A stretch of 64,000 bases of DNA from the NCBI GenBank assembly GCA_029570205.1, contig JAKQSI010000048.1:20857-84856 (forward strand), in the 5' to 3' direction. Under the pieces are notes generated by a model. It was not told the origin of the DNA, made no database searches, and saw only the letters and a program-made list of their open reading frames with translations. Source of the stretch: Candidatus Omnitrophota bacterium (GTDB lineage: Bacteria > Hinthialibacterota > Hinthialibacteria > Hinthialibacterales > JAKPRU01). The position numbers and the translations under genes are program-made. Below, in pieces: positions 47,614 through 56,130 of the stretch; position 1 is the stretch's first letter, and each line of letters starts with the position of its first letter.

Positions 47614-47934
47614 TTAACCCGGTTCCCGAATCTGCAGGATTTCCTCTTCGAACCACTCCACCTGTTTCTTCCCGTAGATTGGAAGAACCCAGCGAGTGTG
47701 GTGGGCGTAAGGACGACCCGGCTTAATATCGCAAATCGAAAGAGCCTGGATCAGCTCCTGATATTCGGTATCGTTTGCTATGTTTATTCGGATCTCAAAT
47801 CCTTTCTTGTATTTTTGTTTCTTGGATTCTCTCAAAAATCTTTCGTGAATGCGATGTCTGATTCGACCGCCTTTCCTGTAATACTTTTTTATGATCCTTA
47901 TTGCGCCGCGCCGTTTCATGGGTGCTTTTTTCAT
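47614..47934 (-). CDS. small basic hypothetical protein in toxin position upstream of BrnA-like gene (not recognisably BrnT)
   Basis: 106 aa. K/R-rich N-terminus (MKKAPMKRRGAIRIIKKYYRKGGRIRHRIHERF). 4-nt spacing to the downstream antitoxin gene. ~40% GC. Confidence 0.35.
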   Translation of the reverse strand: MKKAPMKRRGAIRIIKKYYRKGGRIRHRIHERFLRESKKQKYKKGFEIRINIANDTEYQELIQALSICDIKPGRPYAHHTRWVLPIYGKKQVEWFEEEILQIREPG

Positions 47935-48168
47935 GATTCCGATATCTCTTCAAACAGTTTGTCCCGCCTTTGCATCACGGGGCAATTCTATAATCCTCTT
48001 TCCGGTCCTGTCAATCTCGGATTTCGGGCGTATCTGTACCGGGGCGGGGCACAGACCTTCCCCGGCGACTCATTTCGTCACCTGTCACACCGATCCGGCA
48101 TGACCTCCCTCTCCTTCCGGGAGAAGGGCCGGGGTGAAGGAATCCGACACGCGGCATCGCTCCTGCGA

Positions 48169-49011
48169 CTACTTCAGAAACTCCGCGTAGTTCGGGGCTG
48201 CGTCGCCGGGGACATCGCCGAACGTCCAGTTCAGCGCCTTGACAATCATGCCCTGGAACATCGGCATTTCCCACACATCCTCACGGTGTCCCAGGGGGGA
48301 AATAAAGACACGACCTTTTCCGTAATTGCTGCACCAGGTAATCGGGTACGGCGGAATCTGGTAGGCATCCCCTTCCATGCCCGCTGTGTCCAGCATCAGC
48401 AGAATGTGCATGTTTTTGCCGAGGTTGATGTTTTTGTTCACATAGTACTCATCGATCATGCGGAACTCAACCGGCAGGCCAACTATCGCCGGGAATTTCG
48501 GATCGACTACCTTAATCGTCGTATACTGCTGCTTTCCGTGGGTCAGGAACTCTCCGCCCATCATGGTCGTAAACTCTTCATTTCCATGGAATGTATCGGT
48601 CACGGTATGCGAACCGAAAAATCCCCCACCCGCGCGAATCCAGTCCAGCAGTTCTTTCCGGCCCTGTTCGGTCATCACGGAACCGCTGTCTTTCTCGCCG
48701 GGCTGAGTCAAATCACCCGTGGTGTAAAACATCACTGTGTCGAAATCCGCCAGGTTCTTCGCGTTAATTATCCCGGCATCCTTTGTGCAGATCACGCGGA
48801 ATCCGTTCTTTGCGCCCAGCTCCACCATGATCTGCTCCGAGTGGCTCAGCCGATCTCCATTGCGTTGCACCACACTGTGTTCAAAACCGGAGGATTTTGT
48901 CAGATATAATACCGTCCGTTCCCGTTTGTTCTCTTTTGCATCCACTGTTCCAGACATGGTCATCAGCGCTCCTATCGTCGTTACCAGGGCAAGAACTCCG
49001 AACCTTTTCAT
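48169..49011 (-). CDS. ThuA-like (class-I glutamine-amidotransferase-fold) exported protein
   Basis: Signal peptide MKRFGVLALVTTIGALMTMSGTVDA at the internal ATG. 'VLYLTKSSGFEHS...FDTVMFYTTGDL...GGGFFGSHTVTDTFHG' matches the ThuA/trehalose-utilisation domain pattern. Confidence 0.5.
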   Translation of the reverse strand: MKRFGVLALVTTIGALMTMSGTVDAKENKRERTVLYLTKSSGFEHSVVQRNGDRLSHSEQIMVELGAKNGFRVICTKDAGIINAKNLADFDTVMFYTTGDLTQPGEKDSGSVMTEQGRKELLDWIRAGGGFFGSHTVTDTFHGNEEFTTMMGGEFLTHGKQQYTTIKVVDPKFPAIVGLPVEFRMIDEYYVNKNINLGKNMHILLMLDTAGMEGDAYQIPPYPITWCSNYGKGRVFISPLGHREDVWEMPMFQGMIVKALNWTFGDVPGDAAPNYAEFLK

Positions 49012-49244
49012 TGTGAACACCTCTTCGCTTGAAATGATGGAATATCCAACAAGGAAGTATAAACCAAGCGCAGGGGCAAGGCATGCCTTGCCCCTGCGCG
49101 ATACCGAACCGGCAGGATACCGGGACCATGCGAAATACCCCTCGCCCTTACCCTCTCCCAGAGATTCTGCCCCCCATAATTTCCGCAGTCCCCAATCTGT
49201 CCCTCTTCCCTCGAACTTCCCGCCATTCTGCGCCATGATTTCGA

Positions 49245-50786
49245 ATGGAAGAACGAAGGTTCCGTATTGCATTCATGATGACCACGAACGCCCGGCGAAA
49301 TCTCATCCCGGCAGCCCTCCATTTCCTTCTGCCGTTGATGGTCTATTGGCTCACCCTTCTGCCGGGAACCGGGTATCGCGGCGACACCGCCAAGTTTCAG
49401 TATCTCGGCAAGATTCTCGGGATTCCGCACAGCACCGGCTATCCGCAGTATCTTCTGCTCAACCATCTCATGGGTCTGCTACCCTGGAAAGAACCGGCGT
49501 ACGGACAGAACCTGCTTTCCGCGCTGTTGGGTGCAGGAGCAATCGCGCTTCTGTTTTTCGTGTTCCGGCGGGTCACAGGGGATACGCTGATTGCCTCCGC
49601 CGCCGTTCTGCTTCTGGCGTTCAGCAGACTGTTTTGGGGCCAGAGTATCGTGGCGGAGGTTTATGCCCTGCAGATGCTCTTCTTTGCGGGTATCATGTAT
49701 TGCGCAGTCCGGTGGCAGCAGGAAAGGGAATCGCGTTGGCTTGCAGCAACCGTGTTTCTTTACGCTTTGTCGTTCGGCAATCACGCCAGTTCGATCTTTT
49801 GGCTGCCCGGCCTGTTTTTATTTATCGGAGATGTGGACCGTTCGGCGCTGCGCAGACCGGGATTCTGGGGTATGTGCATCGGTTTTGCAGCGCTTTCTCT
49901 GTCCCAATATGCCTATCTGTTTATCCGCTCGCGTTCGGATTGTCCTTATATCGAAGTCGGCATTCGAACTGCCGGCGACTTCATCCGTTTCGCCCTGGCA
50001 ACCAAATTCCACGGACGCATGGTGGGGTTTTCCTGGCATGATTTGTGGTATGAGCAAACCCATTGGTTTGTGTCGCTGTTCTATTTTCAGTTCTTCTCGG
50101 TCGGGTGTTTTCTTGCAGCGGTCGGACTGTGGGAATGTTTCTGCAAGAACCGCCCGTTATTCTACCTGACTTTTCCGGCGTTTTTGTTTAATGCCCTTTT
50201 CGCGCTCGGGTATCGCGTAGATGATGCCGCCGTATTCGCGCTCCCCTGTTTTTTTCTGGCGGCATTCTGGATCGCGGTGGGGATGCAGGAAGTGGCGGAG
50301 CGGTTTCTGCGGAGATGTTGGCGCATACTTTTCTTTTTGCTGATTCCGGTGTTGATGGTCTCCAATTGGTCGCTGGTGGATCAGAGCAAGAACATCCTGG
50401 CCCAGTTGGCCACGGAACGCATTGTCCGGTTTGTTCCTCCCGATAGTGTGCTGGTCACTGAGGTTTACCAGGCAGCGCACTATTTCCGGTATCATCTGTG
50501 GGCAAAAGGAATCCGAAAACCGGATGAGAATATCTTCGTGGCTCAGGAATGGCGACCGGAACAGCTGGCCGCCTACCTTGCGGGACAGTCGCCCCTGGTG
50601 GAATGCGGGATGGAAATCCCGTTGGGGCTGCACCCGTTTTTCGCCGACTGTCCGCTGCTGTTCAAAATGAAAGGCGAGAAGTTCGAGCCGGTCTTGTTTT
50701 TTGATTATCCCAATGGTTTGCGGGAACCCGTTCTTTTCGAGCGCGTAACCGAATCGCAGGGCGTGAACACCAGCCGATCCTTTTGA
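49245..50786 (+). CDS. DUF2723-type GT-C membrane glycosyltransferase-like protein (TMEM260/GT117-like)
   Basis: Polytopic N-terminal domain with 'GDTAKFQYLGKILGIPHSTGYPQYLLL' and 'YALSFGNHASSIFWLP' motifs typical of DUF2723. Soluble C-terminal domain. Confidence 0.45.
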   Translation: MEERRFRIAFMMTTNARRNLIPAALHFLLPLMVYWLTLLPGTGYRGDTAKFQYLGKILGIPHSTGYPQYLLLNHLMGLLPWKEPAYGQNLLSALLGAGAIALLFFVFRRVTGDTLIASAAVLLLAFSRLFWGQSIVAEVYALQMLFFAGIMYCAVRWQQERESRWLAATVFLYALSFGNHASSIFWLPGLFLFIGDVDRSALRRPGFWGMCIGFAALSLSQYAYLFIRSRSDCPYIEVGIRTAGDFIRFALATKFHGRMVGFSWHDLWYEQTHWFVSLFYFQFFSVGCFLAAVGLWECFCKNRPLFYLTFPAFLFNALFALGYRVDDAAVFALPCFFLAAFWIAVGMQEVAERFLRRCWRILFFLLIPVLMVSNWSLVDQSKNILAQLATERIVRFVPPDSVLVTEVYQAAHYFRYHLWAKGIRKPDENIFVAQEWRPEQLAAYLAGQSPLVECGMEIPLGLHPFFADCPLLFKMKGEKFEPVLFFDYPNGLREPVLFERVTESQGVNTSRSF

Positions 50787-51697
50787 CGCGACACCACACC
50801 ATGGCCCCGAAACACACAGCGCCGTCCCCCTTTCGTGGAGGAGGCCAACTCCCGAATCCTGTCGATGATGTCCAGAGTCGGGTGAAGGTCCGGCGCGATT
50901 TGGCCGAGCAGGCGCCGCACAACACGCCGTTGATCCGCCGCATAAAGAGAAAGGAACCCCACCCTGGACACGGCGATCTCGTGACCTGTCCACTGAGCGA
51001 ACCGCTCCAGCCATTGCGCATCCGCCAAATCATGGGCTTCCGTTTCCAGTCGCGCGATATCCGCCAGCCGTGCCAGCGCCTCACGGACACGCGGATTGAT
51101 CCTCTCTAACCGGGGCAGGATTTCATGCCGAATAAAGTTCCGGGTCAGATTGAGATCGGCATTGCTCTCATCGACCCGGAACGGGCATTCCCGTGCCTGA
51201 AGAAACTCCAGAACCTCGTTTCGTGTCACATCCGACAGGGGGCGGACAACTCGGCAGTTTTCAATAGTCCATACCGGCGCGATACCGGCCAGCCCCTCGA
51301 TCCCGCTGGAACGCACAATGTGATGAAGGACTGTCTCCGCCTGGTCGTCCAACGTATGGCCTGTGGCGATGCAGGCGCAACGGTATCGCCGAGCCAGGCG
51401 AAGGAGATAGTCATAACGCTCGCGGCGGGCGACGGCTTCAAGGTTCTCTTTTTCTTCAGCGGCGAATTGAGCAACAGCGATTCGTTTTCGATGAAATGGA
51501 ATATCGAGTGATATCACCCGATTTCGGATAAACCGCTCGTCCTCATCGGAGCATTCGCCCCGCAACCCGTGATTCACATGCGCCGCACGCAGCGCCCAGC
51601 CGAACTCGTGCGACAACGCATACAGCGCTAACAGCAGCGCGGTCGAATCCGGCCCTCCGGAAACAGCAACAAGGACGCTCTCACCCGGAGCAATCAT
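50705..51697 (-). CDS. tilS: tRNA(Ile)-lysidine synthetase
   Basis: PP-loop 'VLVAVSGGPDSTALL'. 'HVNHGLRGE'. The first ATG is at MIAPGE. The ORF stays open upstream to 51919, so a non-ATG start is possible. Confidence 0.7.
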   Translation of the reverse strand: MIAPGESVLVAVSGGPDSTALLLALYALSHEFGWALRAAHVNHGLRGECSDEDERFIRNRVISLDIPFHRKRIAVAQFAAEEKENLEAVARRERYDYLLRLARRYRCACIATGHTLDDQAETVLHHIVRSSGIEGLAGIAPVWTIENCRVVRPLSDVTRNEVLEFLQARECPFRVDESNADLNLTRNFIRHEILPRLERINPRVREALARLADIARLETEAHDLADAQWLERFAQWTGHEIAVSRVGFLSLYAADQRRVVRRLLGQIAPDLHPTLDIIDRIRELASSTKGGRRCVFRGHGVVSRQKDRLVFTPCDSVTRSKRTGSRKPLG

Positions 51698-51887
51698 TTC
51701 ATATCGCTGAATGGTGGATTGGATTTTGCCCAGTGTTCGCTCGATGATCGGCTGTGGTGCGGTTTCTTTCCCTCCCCAAGATTGGGGAGGGTGCAGGGCA
51801 GGGTTGATCGGTCCGAGCGATTCAACCCCCTCTGTGTCTCCAATCTTGGGGGAGAAATCTTGCGGAAAGACTCGTTCCGAGACAGCC

Positions 51888-52946
51888 TCACGACTCTTCC
51901 GGCGCGGTTTCCTGGACATGAACGATCTCCCGGAACGTGATGTTCATGCGGTTAAGCGCGATAAGGCCCGCAATAATCATCGGGACAATTTGCGAAAGCC
52001 ATAGAACAATAGCAAACGCAGAGGCCTTATCGGCCGATATATTATACAGCTCAATCAGCACGGCCTGGGCCGCCAAGTGGTAAATCCCGACATATCCGGG
52101 GGCGCTCGGAAGCGCCACGGCGAGGCAAATTGCCACCATGGTCAGAATCGCCCCCATAAAGGAAATCGTATCGGACATCCCGAACGCCTGGATCATCACA
52201 TACTCCGACCAGCCCAGGAGCAGCCAAACCAGCAGGGTCAGGAATGCAGTCCAAACCAGTGATGCCGGACGGCGAAAAGTGGAAAGTCCACGCTCGAATG
52301 AGACGGTCATTTCCAGGATTTTCCGGCGCAACGGACGTCCCCAGATCTTTTCCGGAAATGGTCGCGTTATCCATTCGACAATTCCCCGGGTCCATTCCGG
52401 CAGATAGGTCAGAAACAGCAGCGCCGCCGCCGCGCCGGCCACAAATACCACGGAGGCTTTCCCGCCGGTTTCAATAATCAGCTGCAAGTTGCTCCGTTCC
52501 TCAATCCGAGGAGGCGCAATCAGCAAGACCGCTCCCAGCGCTACCAGAATCCCCGCAAAATCAAAAAATCGCTCCACAACCACGGTGGCCAGCACTTCCG
52601 TAAATCGGCGCTGTCCTTTTCGAGCCAGCACAAAGGTCCGGATCAATTCCCCGGCTCGCGCGGGTAATACGCTGTTCCCCATGAAGCAGATACACATCAG
52701 CGCAAACAACCGCCCGGTCGGCTCGTGCGGTTTACCCAGAAACGACCGCCAGCGCAACGCCCGAAAATAAATGGAAACAAAGTTCAACAGAATGGAGGGA
52801 ATAAACAGGATATAGGAAACGGAAAGGACCGTCTGGAAAACATCACCCCAACTGGTGAACTCCTGAACCTGTCGGTTGAAAAAATAGAAACTGATTACGC
52901 TGATAATCAGCCCAACCCAGACTTTGACATCTTTCAGCATGTTCAT
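51888..52946 (-). CDS. UPF0104 / lysylphosphatidylglycerol-synthase-TM-region-like flippase-domain membrane protein
   Basis: ~8 TM helices. 'ALRWRSFLG' and 'NSVLPARAGELIRTFVLARKG' motifs of the LPG-synthase TM family. Start at MNMLKDV, which overlaps the larC stop. Confidence 0.5.
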   Translation of the reverse strand: MNMLKDVKVWVGLIISVISFYFFNRQVQEFTSWGDVFQTVLSVSYILFIPSILLNFVSIYFRALRWRSFLGKPHEPTGRLFALMCICFMGNSVLPARAGELIRTFVLARKGQRRFTEVLATVVVERFFDFAGILVALGAVLLIAPPRIEERSNLQLIIETGGKASVVFVAGAAAALLFLTYLPEWTRGIVEWITRPFPEKIWGRPLRRKILEMTVSFERGLSTFRRPASLVWTAFLTLLVWLLLGWSEYVMIQAFGMSDTISFMGAILTMVAICLAVALPSAPGYVGIYHLAAQAVLIELYNISADKASAFAIVLWLSQIVPMIIAGLIALNRMNITFREIVHVQETAPEES

Positions 52947-52947
52947 C

Positions 52948-54162
52948 CTATTCCCCTGAATCGGCGTTGGAGGATTCGTAGGCCCGTTGGGCCGCTGCCA
53001 GGATTTCAAGTAACGGCTTTCCGGTCTCGCGATGGATACGCAGGCAATCCTCGTACTCCGGCTTGAATCTTCGTTCCACTCCGGCTCCCCAAACGGCTTT
53101 ACCACGCACTGTCCCGAATGATGTTTGGACTGTGACCTCTTTGCGCCGCAGAATCCGCCGCTCGACCCGATGCATTCGAACCCCGACCGTCGTACTCTCG
53201 CGAAGCGCCAGCTGAGCCAGGTCCTCCTCACGGCCTGCCGGAGCCAACACAGTTACCAGCGTACCGGGACGGTTCTTCTTCATGTATACCGGGGTGAACA
53301 TTACGTCCAATGCTCCTGCGCGAAATGCATCCTCCATCAAGACACCGAACAACTCCGGACTCATATCGTCAATCTGAGTTTCAATGACTGTCACCTCATC
53401 CGATGTCTCGGAATCGGCTGTCCCGACGAAAACACGCAGTATATTTGGAAAGCCGACATCCTCCAGGTCGCCGGCTCCGACACCGACACCCGTGAGTTCC
53501 AAGGACGGCATCCGTTCACAAGGTTCCGCGAGAGTCTTTACCGGCGCAGCCCCATCGACTGTAACCAGGTTCCCCCGGTATGGCCCGGCGGCAATTCGAA
53601 ATCCCTGCAACAGGCGTGTAACGGCAGGTCCGGGAACCAACTCCAAACCATCGCTGTGACCTGTACGAACCTCCGAAACAAGCAGTCGTTCGATTCCCGA
53701 AAGATAAAACGCGGCAACGACAGCGGCGATCTCCGCAATCATTCGATTCGATAACGGCACGGCGGAAACCGTCTTTCCCGACGAAATGGCCTCCGCTTCG
53801 ACCAAATCTTTGAGGGCTTGAATGACAGGGGTACGAACCGGCTCCGGCAAGTTCCCAAGGGCAGAATCCGAGAGTTTCTCCCTTTCGGGCATGTTCAGAA
53901 AAACCCGCATCGCGGCGATTCCATGTTTCTCTACCCGGCGATATTCCATCCTTAAATCGGGGATTGCCGACGAACGCAGCAGGGATTCCAGGTCATCAGC
54001 GGATACTCCCTGATCCACCAGCGCACCAAGGAGCATCCTGGCCGAAAGTCCGTAAAAAGTCTCAAGATAAGCAATTTTCACCGTTTTTAACCTGTCCGCG
54101 ATATGAGCATAAGGGAAGAAACACGGTCGAACCAGTGTGCCAAAGATGCCTGAAATGGGCAT
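52948..54162 (-). CDS. larC: LarC-family nickel-insertion protein (nickel-pincer nucleotide cofactor biosynthesis; DUF111)
   Basis: N-terminal 'KIAYLETFYGLSARMLLGALVDQG' (DUF111 start). C-terminal CTP-binding-like domain. Start chosen at MPISG; the ORF track extends to 54411. Confidence 0.5.
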   Translation of the reverse strand: MPISGIFGTLVRPCFFPYAHIADRLKTVKIAYLETFYGLSARMLLGALVDQGVSADDLESLLRSSAIPDLRMEYRRVEKHGIAAMRVFLNMPEREKLSDSALGNLPEPVRTPVIQALKDLVEAEAISSGKTVSAVPLSNRMIAEIAAVVAAFYLSGIERLLVSEVRTGHSDGLELVPGPAVTRLLQGFRIAAGPYRGNLVTVDGAAPVKTLAEPCERMPSLELTGVGVGAGDLEDVGFPNILRVFVGTADSETSDEVTVIETQIDDMSPELFGVLMEDAFRAGALDVMFTPVYMKKNRPGTLVTVLAPAGREEDLAQLALRESTTVGVRMHRVERRILRRKEVTVQTSFGTVRGKAVWGAGVERRFKPEYEDCLRIHRETGKPLLEILAAAQRAYESSNADSGE

Positions 54163-54355
54163 GTCAAAGAAAACCCCTTTACGGTCTTGTAAAATACGCC
54201 GGAGAATGGTATATTGTTGCTTGAAAGGTGGGGCCACGGCTCCGCCTTTTTCCTTGTTCGCCTCTGGAATCGCTACGGAGGAAACAGGATCATATCGGAT
54301 CGTATGCCCAAAAAAAACATCAGAATCGTGATCCGATCCCCGGAGATTAGGAATT

Positions 54356-55978
54356 ATGAGCAGCAAAGATGTCGTTGATATCCTGGAGCGCATCAGCCTG
54401 GAAAAAAACATTCCACTGGACTCGCTTTATGACGCTTTGGAGTCCGCCCTGATTACGGCAAGCAAAAAAATGCTCGATCCGGAGATCGACGTCACGGAAG
54501 CGGAAATCGACCGGGAAACAGGTGATTTTCGCGTATACGCCACCAAGACGGTCGTGGAAGAAGTAACCAATCCAAACCTGGAACTCGCCCTCAGTGAGGT
54601 ACAGGAAGAAATCCCCGACATAGAGCCGGGCGAGGAACTGACGGTGGATGTTACGCCGACCGATTTTGGCCGAATCGCGGCTCAAAGCGCCAAGCAGGTG
54701 ATTACCCAACGTATTCGGGAAGCCGAACGGGAAATGGTCTATGACAAGTATAAGAACCGGGTCGGCGAACTGGTGATCGGAACCGTGCAGCGCCATGAGA
54801 AAGGAAACGTGATAGTGGACTTGGGGGGTGCGGAGGCCTGTCTGCCGCGTTGCAACATGGCTTTCGGCGAACGATTCCGGTACGGCGAGCGAATCAAAGC
54901 GATCATCTCCGAGGTTCGTGACGTGCGGAAACAACAGGCAAAAGAGTCTGCCCCAACCGGCCACCATGACCGTCGCGACAGGGATCAGGTCCCGAAAGAT
55001 GCCTTGGTGATCCTTTCCCGCAGAAGCCCCCAGCTGGTGATCAAATTGTTCGAGCAGGAGGTGGCGGAGATGCGTGAAGGAACCGTTTCCATCCGCCTCA
55101 TTGCCCGCGAACCCGGAAAGCGCAGTAAAATCGCCGTCCTCTCCTCCGATAATAACGTCGATCCGGTCGGCGCCTGTGTCGGCATGAAAGGCTCGCGTGT
55201 TCAGATGGTCGTTCAGGAACTGCGCGGGGAAAGAATCGACATTGTTGAATACAGCGACGATAAACGCCGATTTGTTGCCAATTCACTCAAACCGGCGGAG
55301 ATCGAAAGCGTGGAACTGAGCGAGGATGGGCGGCGGGCATTGCTTGTCGTGAAAGATGAAGAATTGTCTCTTGCCATCGGGAAAGGCGGCCTGAATGCCA
55401 TGCTTGCATCTCGCCTGACCGGCACGGAAATCGATATCATATCGGTCTCCCAGCTTGCCGAACGAGAAGCGGAAGCCAAAAAGGAATTGCTGGAACTGCC
55501 TTCGGTCCACGATGCCGAGGCGGAAATCCTCATGGGAAAAGGACTGCTTTCGGCAATCGATATCGTGGAATATGGCCTGGAAGAACTGAAAGCGCTGGAA
55601 GGCATGTCTGAAGACACTGCGGAGAAAATCTATCGCGAGGCATTACGGGAAATCGGGGAACTGGAACCGGAACCCGAAGAGTCCGAAGAACCTCAAGAAC
55701 CCGGAGAACCCGAAGAATTTGAAGGACCCGGAGAACCTGTAGAACCCGAAGCGCTGGAAAAATCCGAAAAACCTGAAGAAAAAGGAGAAACGGGAGAAAC
55801 GGAAATCGAGTCAAACGACGATCTTGCCGAGGAACAAATCGAAGACACACCGCAAGAGGACGAAATGGAGCAGATGGACGAGACGGAAGATGAAGATGCG
55901 GATAACGAGGACATGGCGACGCCTGAAAATCTCGACGAGGATATGAAGGATCAGCCTGGCTCCATCGGAACGGCCTGA
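54356..55978 (+). CDS. nusA: transcription termination/antitermination factor NusA with long acidic C-terminal tail
   Basis: N-terminal domain, S1 (ELVIGTVQRHEKGNVIVDLGGAEACLP), two KH domains, and one HhH-like region. Then ~120 aa of E/P/D-rich low complexity. Confidence 0.9.
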   Translation: MSSKDVVDILERISLEKNIPLDSLYDALESALITASKKMLDPEIDVTEAEIDRETGDFRVYATKTVVEEVTNPNLELALSEVQEEIPDIEPGEELTVDVTPTDFGRIAAQSAKQVITQRIREAEREMVYDKYKNRVGELVIGTVQRHEKGNVIVDLGGAEACLPRCNMAFGERFRYGERIKAIISEVRDVRKQQAKESAPTGHHDRRDRDQVPKDALVILSRRSPQLVIKLFEQEVAEMREGTVSIRLIAREPGKRSKIAVLSSDNNVDPVGACVGMKGSRVQMVVQELRGERIDIVEYSDDKRRFVANSLKPAEIESVELSEDGRRALLVVKDEELSLAIGKGGLNAMLASRLTGTEIDIISVSQLAEREAEAKKELLELPSVHDAEAEILMGKGLLSAIDIVEYGLEELKALEGMSEDTAEKIYREALREIGELEPEPEESEEPQEPGEPEEFEGPGEPVEPEALEKSEKPEEKGETGETEIESNDDLAEEQIEDTPQEDEMEQMDETEDEDADNEDMATPENLDEDMKDQPGSIGTA

Positions 55979-56130
55979 ACCGGTCCATTCCGAAACAGAC
56001 CGAGGCGTCTATTGCCCAATCGACTTTGGGGCACACTGATCTGCTGACTCGGCGCGCCAATTGCAGATGGACTTGTTTCGATCGTTCCGGCTGCATGTGT
56101 GAGTGATCCGCACGGAGGTTGCAAGTAAAG

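Noticed and set aside
47614-47934. Calling the 106-aa protein BrnT (DUF497)
   Set aside because: It lacks the N-terminal W-D-x2-K-x3-N-x2-KHG signature. The resemblance (RIIKKYYRK versus the BrnT C-terminal RIISARKA motif) is at the wrong end of the protein. Kept as an unassigned toxin candidate.
47458-48909. 483-aa plus-strand ORF spanning the toxin-like gene and ThuA region
   Set aside because: Low-complexity translation. It overlaps two well-supported minus-strand genes.
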